Below, piece after piece: positions 37,261-43,359 of a DNA stretch of 43,359 nucleotides. A program made the position numbers and the translations under genes. The number at the start of each line of letters is the position of its first letter. Position 1 is the stretch's first letter. The notes beneath the pieces were generated by a model, which had not been told where the DNA came from, ran no database searches, and worked only from the letters and a program-made list of their open reading frames with translations. The DNA comes from Pseudomonadota bacterium (GTDB lineage Bacteria > Pseudomonadota > Alphaproteobacteria > Rhizobiales > Rhizobiaceae), in NCBI GenBank assembly GCA_039815105.1, contig JBCBZX010000001.1, positions 1 through 43,359 on the forward strand. The letters run 5' to 3'.

Positions 37261-38565
37261 ATGGCGGTCCGGACACTCACATTTGGATGTCGCCTGAACA
37301 CCTATGAAAGTCAGGTTATGCAGCGCGAAGCAGAGGCTGCCGGGCTGGACGACGCCATTGTGGTGAACACCTGCGCGGTCACGTCGGAAGCCGTCCGCCA
37401 GGCCAAACAAGCCATCCGCCGCGCCCGCCGGGACAATCCGGATGCTCGCATCATCGTATCAGGCTGTGCAGCGCAGACCGACCCGGCGAGTTTCGGCGCG
37501 ATGGATGAAGTGGACCTGGTGCTGGGCAATGAAGACAAGCTTCACGCCCAGTCATACCGAGCTCTACCGGAATTTGGGGTGAACCAATATGAAAAGGTGC
37601 GCGTGAACGACATCTTTGAGTTGTCGGAAACCGCTTCGCACATGGTCGATTGCATTGAGGGTCGGGCAAGGGCCTTTGTTCAGGTCCAGAATGGCTGCGA
37701 CCATCGCTGCACCTTCTGCATCATCCCATTCGGTCGGGGCAATTCACGTTCAGTGCCGGCAGGGCCGGTGGTGGAGCAGGTGAAGAAACTGGTGGGCAAT
37801 GGCTATCGCGAGATCGTCCTGACAGGTGTCGACACAACATCTTATGGACCCGACCTGCCCGGCAGCCCCACCCTGGGCAATCTTGTGCGCCGCATACTCA
37901 ACAATGTGCCGGACCTTGAGCGACTGCGCCTGAGCTCGATAGACTCCATTGAAGTTGATCCGGAGTTGCGCGAAATCATTATCTCCGAGTCGCGCTTCAT
38001 GCCCCATCTCCACCTGTCGCTGCAATCGGGCGACGATATGATCCTCAAGCGCATGAAGCGACGCCATTTGCGGGACGACACCGTGCGCTTTTGTGCGGAT
38101 CTGAAAGCTCAACGACCCGATATCGCGTTTGGGGCCGATCTGATGGCCGGGTTCCCCACCGAAACGGAGGAAATGTTCGGCAATTCCGTGTCCCTGATTG
38201 ACGATGCCGGTCTGTCTTACGTCCATGTCTTCCCGTTTTCACCGAGGCCGAAAACGCCGGCCTCAAGAATGCCGCAGCTGGACCGGAGCCTTGTCAAAGA
38301 ACGAGCGGCGCGCCTGCGTGCCCATGCGCAAATTGCATTGGACAGACATTTGCAAAGCCAGGTTGGCAAAGAGCTGAAAGTGCTGGTGGAAAAACAAAAC
38401 GCCGATGGCACATACTCAGCCCATGCTGAAGATTTCGCATCGGTCATGCTGTCCGCGCAAACAGCAATCAAGCCGGGAGAGATTGTAACGGTACGGGCGG
38501 AAGCAGCCCACGGGGACAAGTTAGAAGGGAAGCTGGCCCACGAATTGATAGGGGCGAGCTGTTAA
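37261..38565 (+). CDS. mtaB: tRNA (t6A37) methylthiotransferase MtaB (MiaB-like radical SAM enzyme)
   Basis: MAVRTLTFGCRLNTYESQVM...VVNTCAVTSEA...VQNGCDHRCTFCIIP...SGDDMILKRMKRRH. The ATG at 37261 lies 1 nt after the dapF stop. Confidence 0.9.
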   Translation: MAVRTLTFGCRLNTYESQVMQREAEAAGLDDAIVVNTCAVTSEAVRQAKQAIRRARRDNPDARIIVSGCAAQTDPASFGAMDEVDLVLGNEDKLHAQSYRALPEFGVNQYEKVRVNDIFELSETASHMVDCIEGRARAFVQVQNGCDHRCTFCIIPFGRGNSRSVPAGPVVEQVKKLVGNGYREIVLTGVDTTSYGPDLPGSPTLGNLVRRILNNVPDLERLRLSSIDSIEVDPELREIIISESRFMPHLHLSLQSGDDMILKRMKRRHLRDDTVRFCADLKAQRPDIAFGADLMAGFPTETEEMFGNSVSLIDDAGLSYVHVFPFSPRPKTPASRMPQLDRSLVKERAARLRAHAQIALDRHLQSQVGKELKVLVEKQNADGTYSAHAEDFASVMLSAQTAIKPGEIVTVRAEAAHGDKLEGKLAHELIGASC

Positions 38566-38601
38566 ACAGGCATTTGCCGACACCGGCAACTGACCACGCG
38601 G

Positions 38602-39612
38602 CTAGACACTATCCTCGTTGCTCCCCAACACGCCTCGGGGATCGAAGATGGCGCGCGGGTTGCTGGCAAGTTCTCTGGAGCAGAAATCCTGGAGCAATTG
38701 CGTCATGCCGGAGCCTTCTGTTTCCAGCGTCTCGGGATCTATTGGCTGGCCAAATGTAATATCGAAGCGCGTTCCCTGCTTGTTGAGCAGTTCGTGAAAC
38801 ACGGTCATATCGCGCAATTCACGGCTCCATTTGGCGAACCAATAGAACAGACCTGAGTTGCGGCTGCGCATATTGGCGGGGACGACGGTTAAATTGTACT
38901 TGCGAGCCAGAGTAAGAGCCGATGTCTGCCAGTCGCGCTCGTTAAGACCGCCATTGGCCCAGTAGGCGATGCGCCCGGATGGAAAGATGACAATGGGCCG
39001 CTCGGCTTTGATCGCAGCGCTGGTTAGCCTCAATGTCTCTCGACTTTTGTCCCGGGTCTTGAAACCTTCACGCCACTCCACGGGAATAATGATGTCGCTG
39101 AGCTGACGGCTGACGCGAATGGCATCACGATTGGCGAACACCGTCATATCAGCGCGGCGTCCAGCCAGCGCGTCCCACATGGCCACACCATCGGCAATAC
39201 CGGTTGGATGATTGCAGACAATTATAAACGAGCCAGCTGTGGGCACATTCTCAAGACCAATTGTTCTTACATCCAGTTGCAACCGGTCCGATGCAACATG
39301 CATAGCCTCCCGGGCAGGCAGATCGGCGATCTGGTCTGCCATTCGGACGGCCTCATGATAATGCAAAAACTTATGCAGGGCGGGCCGGACGAGCGGCCAG
39401 ACAATGGAATCGGATATCCGCCCGCCGCGCTCTGCAATCAGCTGGTCAACAATATGTATATTGGGGTCGGTTTGAGGTGCGCGGTCAGGGTCCGCCATGA
39501 CAGACGTGTCGCGCCGCTCGAGGCGCGCACTGGCCCGCAGATCGTCGGATGGCACGAACCGGGCATCCGTTCCCGCCGCCTGCGGCAGCTGTTTGGATCG
39601 CTGAAAAGCCAT
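38602..39612 (-). CDS. PlsC-like lysophospholipid/lipid acyltransferase family protein
   Basis: FIIVCNHPTGIADGVAMWDAL (NHPxGxxDG acyltransferase motif) and IVIFPSGRIAY. The ATG at 39612 is preceded by GGAGG with a 5-nt spacer. An alternative ATG at 39498 has no SD. Confidence 0.65.
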   Translation of the reverse strand: MAFQRSKQLPQAAGTDARFVPSDDLRASARLERRDTSVMADPDRAPQTDPNIHIVDQLIAERGGRISDSIVWPLVRPALHKFLHYHEAVRMADQIADLPAREAMHVASDRLQLDVRTIGLENVPTAGSFIIVCNHPTGIADGVAMWDALAGRRADMTVFANRDAIRVSRQLSDIIIPVEWREGFKTRDKSRETLRLTSAAIKAERPIVIFPSGRIAYWANGGLNERDWQTSALTLARKYNLTVVPANMRSRNSGLFYWFAKWSRELRDMTVFHELLNKQGTRFDITFGQPIDPETLETEGSGMTQLLQDFCSRELASNPRAIFDPRGVLGSNEDSV

Positions 39613-39970
39613 CTCATCCTCCCGGGGACAAACAAGCCCCAATGCCCAAAACTGGCGGGCAATCTGTTGCCGACGCTGCAGCGGATATATGACACCGCCG
39701 ACCGGTGAATCCAACACCGATCATCGCCAATACTACATCGTCGCAGGCCACCGCGTAGTGGGTCCCTGCACCAACTTCATGTCGCGGGTGTGACTTTGCT
39801 TGAATTGTTCACGCCCCACCGATCCCAAATTGCGAACAAGTGTAACAAACGAACGCACAAAAGGATGCAAACAAAGACGCATCTGCCACGCCATTTGCAC
39901 GGCTTGCTGACAAAAAGCCGGCCCGCCTCTAAAAAGTCTGATCGTTGGGTACAGTATTGGGGAACAGCCC

Positions 39971-40010
39971 AATCCGAACCCAGACCAGCCGATCCGAACC
40001 AATCCCAACC
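39971..40010. repeat. Helically phased short repeats RATCC(G/C)AACC inside a 506-nt intergenic region
   Basis: AATCCGAACC (39971), GATCCGAACC (39991) and AATCCCAACC (40001) start at 10- or 20-nt offsets from one another. Confidence 0.3.
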
Positions 40011-40118
40011 AATCATTGTGATCACGGCACCTTGTTTGCTGGCCCGCCTTTCTTCTAAATGAAAACATAACATGTCTGTAAGCGGCCGCCGCAAACGACC
40101 ACCAAAAGAAGTGCAACT

Positions 40119-40739
40119 ATGAGTTTCCCAATGACACTGAGCGCCGCACCGTCTTCTGCAACACAGTCTTCAACACATGCTGTAAATCTTCTGACCGCAT
40201 TGTTTGGGGCAACCCTTATCCTCAGCGGGTGTACGCGCAGTGTCGAACCGCTGAGCACCGTGCAGCCATTGCCAGCTGCCCCCGCAGGAACGGTGTCGGC
40301 TCAGCCTTTGGGTGCGCCCAATCAGCCCGGCACGCCAGGGGCCATCGACCCGGCCACGGGCCTGCCCTTCCCGCCGGCTGGCACCCAGGTCGCCACCACA
40401 GAGCCAGTTGCTCAACCCAGCGTCTCCGCAACCACATCCGTCAGTTCCGAGCCACTGGATCGAGGCTCAGTGGCTGGCGTCTGGAACGTTCAAGTGGCCG
40501 GCGGGACCTGCCGTGTGGCAACTTCGTTCACGCGGCGCTCGACCCATTTTCAGGCCAGCCCCCTGCGATGCCCCGATGCAGAGTTGAGCAATGTGCGCGA
40601 GTGGAATGTGAGCGGCAATCAAATGGTATTGTATGATGGTAGCGGCTCAGCAGTTGCCCGCTTGTTCCGCACCGGCGCGCAGCGCCTCGATGGAAAAACC
40701 TCCGGCGGCACAGCCGTGACCTTGAGCCGCGACAGCTAG
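40119..40739 (+). CDS. Omp19-like lipoprotein with a C-terminal protease-inhibitor (Inh/AprI-like) domain
   Basis: Lipobox LILSGC, a Pro/Ala-rich linker, then GVWNVQVAGGTCRVA...LRCPDAELSNVREWNVSGNQMVLYDGSGSAVARLFR...GKTSGGTAVTLSR. Confidence 0.7.
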   Translation: MSFPMTLSAAPSSATQSSTHAVNLLTALFGATLILSGCTRSVEPLSTVQPLPAAPAGTVSAQPLGAPNQPGTPGAIDPATGLPFPPAGTQVATTEPVAQPSVSATTSVSSEPLDRGSVAGVWNVQVAGGTCRVATSFTRRSTHFQASPLRCPDAELSNVREWNVSGNQMVLYDGSGSAVARLFRTGAQRLDGKTSGGTAVTLSRDS

Positions 40740-40787
40740 ATCATCCCCTTGCGATCGCACCCGATATAGCATGTGGTGATCACAAAT

Positions 40788-41984
40788 ATGCCCACTGCAC
40801 CGACGAGCCTTCTGGACGCAAATGTTTCCGACAGCCTGGCAAAACAGGTAGATGCGGGGTTTCTGGACAGCGATCAGGTTCAGATGGAGATTGCGGGACG
40901 CCTGGACCGTGTGCTGGAAGGGCTGGTGCAAGCCGAGGCGGATCGCTCCCTGGCGTCCAAAACATCTGCGCTCGGGTGGCTTTTCGCAAAGGGCAAGAAG
41001 GGCCGGGGCCCGGTGGAAGGGCTCTACATTTGGGGTTCGGTGGGGCGAGGCAAGACAATGCTCATGGACATGTTTTTTGACGCCGCGCCCTTCCAAGCCA
41101 AACAGCGCAGCCATTTCCACGTTTTCATGCGCGATGTCCATGCGGCGATCCATGCCCACCGTGAAGCCTTCAGGGCAGGCGAAACCAAACAGGAAGACCC
41201 GGTTCCCCCGGTCGCCAACGCTATTGTCGACAGGCACGGTGGCGGCTTGCGCCTTTTGTGTTTCGATGAATTCGCCATTAGCGACATTGCCGACGCCATG
41301 ATCTTGTCGCGTCTGTTCACGGCCCTGTTTTCCCGCGGCGTCACGGTCGTTGCGACATCCAATGTTGCGCCCGGAGACCTCTACAAGGATGGCATCAACA
41401 GAGACCGGTTCCTGCCATTTGTCGACTTGCTGCAAAACCACGTTGCAACCTTGCGGCTGGACGCGCCGACAGACTACCGCCGCCAGCGCCTTGATACGGG
41501 TGCCGTCTGGTTTTCCCCCCTTGGCGTGAACACCACCGCAACACTCGACCAAGTTTGGGCGAGATGGACGGACACAGCATCCACAAAGACACAAGAGATG
41601 GACCCATTTCTGGTGCATGGAAGAACGCTCGAGCTGAATGACGTGTCCGGCAAGTGTGTGCGATCCAGTTTTGCGCAATTGTGCGAACGCCCCCTGGGCG
41701 CCCATGATTATCTTGCTCTCACAGAGCGATTTGACAGCTTCATCATTGATGACATTCCCATAATTGACCCCGGCCGCCGCAATGAGGCCAAGCGTCTGAT
41801 CATATTGGTGGACACGCTTTACGATGCCGGAGTTCGCCTCGCGGCGTCCGCCGCCGCCGAACCTTGGGACCTGTACCGAGATGCCCCCGGTACGGAAGGC
41901 TTCGAATTTGAGCGCACGCAATCCCGCCTGACAGAAATGAGGTCAAATGAATGGCTGGAAGCCTGGGCCCAAAGACATGGCTGA
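40788..41984 (+). CDS. zapE: ZapE/AFG1-like ATPase
   Basis: GLYIWGSVGRGKTMLMDMFF (Walker A), LLCFDEFAISDIADAM (Walker B), VTVVATSN. ATG at 40788. Confidence 0.9.
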   Translation: MPTAPTSLLDANVSDSLAKQVDAGFLDSDQVQMEIAGRLDRVLEGLVQAEADRSLASKTSALGWLFAKGKKGRGPVEGLYIWGSVGRGKTMLMDMFFDAAPFQAKQRSHFHVFMRDVHAAIHAHREAFRAGETKQEDPVPPVANAIVDRHGGGLRLLCFDEFAISDIADAMILSRLFTALFSRGVTVVATSNVAPGDLYKDGINRDRFLPFVDLLQNHVATLRLDAPTDYRRQRLDTGAVWFSPLGVNTTATLDQVWARWTDTASTKTQEMDPFLVHGRTLELNDVSGKCVRSSFAQLCERPLGAHDYLALTERFDSFIIDDIPIIDPGRRNEAKRLIILVDTLYDAGVRLAASAAAEPWDLYRDAPGTEGFEFERTQSRLTEMRSNEWLEAWAQRHG

Positions 41985-42387
41985 TGACACCATCTATGAA
42001 GGCGGATGCCTGTGCGGTGCGGTGAGGTTTAAAAGTCGCGGCGAGCCGAACCGGGTCGGGGTATGTCACTGCTTGGATTGCCGCAAGCATCATGGGGCGC
42101 CATTTTACGCCGCTGCGATATTTGCAGTTGAACAGGTGACGTTTGACGGCGAAACACGGAGCCATCCCGACCATGAAGACCGTGCCTTTTGCCCCAAATG
42201 TGGCTCATCAGTTTTCGCCGTAACGGGCAGCGAAGTGGAACTGCACCTGGGTTCATATGACGAGACCGGCATTTTCACGCCGCAGTATGAACTTTGGACC
42301 AAGCGCCGCGAACCATGGCTGCAGCCCATCGCCGGGGCCAGGCAATTCTCTGAAAATTATGTGAAAAGTGCTGCCGAAACAAAGTAG
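41977..42387 (+). CDS. GFA (glutathione-dependent formaldehyde-activating / CENP-V) family protein
   Basis: YEGGCLCGAVRF...CHCLDCRKHHGAPF...FCPKCGSSVF cysteine pattern. The ATG at 41977 overlaps the zapE end by 8 nt. Confidence 0.85.
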   Translation: MADDTIYEGGCLCGAVRFKSRGEPNRVGVCHCLDCRKHHGAPFYAAAIFAVEQVTFDGETRSHPDHEDRAFCPKCGSSVFAVTGSEVELHLGSYDETGIFTPQYELWTKRREPWLQPIAGARQFSENYVKSAAETK

Positions 42388-42641
42388 ACAACGAAAGGCC
42401 ACCGTGCACCCTTTTTGCCCTTGAAAATTACGTTTACGTAAGAATCTTCTTATACATCCCATTGATAAATATATAAAAATCAATCTGATTTGCAGAAGGT
42501 ACGTTTTCGGACTACACCCACGCCGTCCGATCTCGACATCGCCTCGTGGAATATGTCGAGCCGGGCCTTGCACGCAATGATGGGTCCACGGATCACGCGT
42601 TTTGTGCAACGACAGAGCAGACAAAATTGTTGACGAGATAG

Positions 42642-43359
<718 letters not shown>

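Noticed and set aside
40647-41921. A 424-aa minus-strand ORF opposite zapE
   Set aside because: The plus strand encodes an unmistakable ZapE/AFG1 ATPase with Walker A and B motifs. The minus-strand translation has no motifs and shadow-like composition. The same reasoning applies to 4216..4890 (opposite htpX), 9619..10272 (opposite purH), 16227..16839 (opposite ftsY), 6010..6516 (opposite rsmB) and similar ORFs.

Overview
This 43.4-kb window is about 60% GC in the lines I hand-counted. Gene content and local synteny look like an alphaproteobacterial chromosome: DUF1674-htpX-rsmB-heparinase II/III-purH; ffh-GNATs-chorismate mutase-rpsP, then rimM-trmD-rplS; dapF-mtaB; zapE-GFA-mdh. I support about 48 protein-coding genes, two of them truncated by the window edges, plus several intrinsic-terminator hairpins. 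I found no rRNA, tRNA, CRISPR array, transposase or integrase. Most of the window is ordinary housekeeping core genome, and I see no recognisable defence, secretion or biosynthetic system. The best candidate for something undescribed is a 1.5-kb low-GC cassette (21032-22525) between leuB and an ABC-F gene. It carries two translationally coupled orphan genes, one for a signal-peptide protein and one for a polytopic membrane protein, and neither has a motif I recognise. Other points worth a second look: (a) an SbtA-like permease, PII-like SbtB and beta-carbonic anhydrase cluster; (b) three tandem, diverged RimJ/RimL-type GNAT genes chained to ffh and chorismate mutase by start/stop overlaps; (c) an opposite-strand alpha/beta hydrolase gene that splits rpsP from rimM and has an apparent frameshift removing its catalytic-His segment; (d) a 22-codon mini-ORF preceded by a 15-nt perfect complement of the canonical 16S rRNA 3' end; (e) a 389-codon edge-truncated ORF missing from the supplied ORF track; (f) several small ORFs, hairpins and motifs in unusually long intergenic regions. 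All functional calls come from motifs I recognised by eye in the translations; no database search was run.
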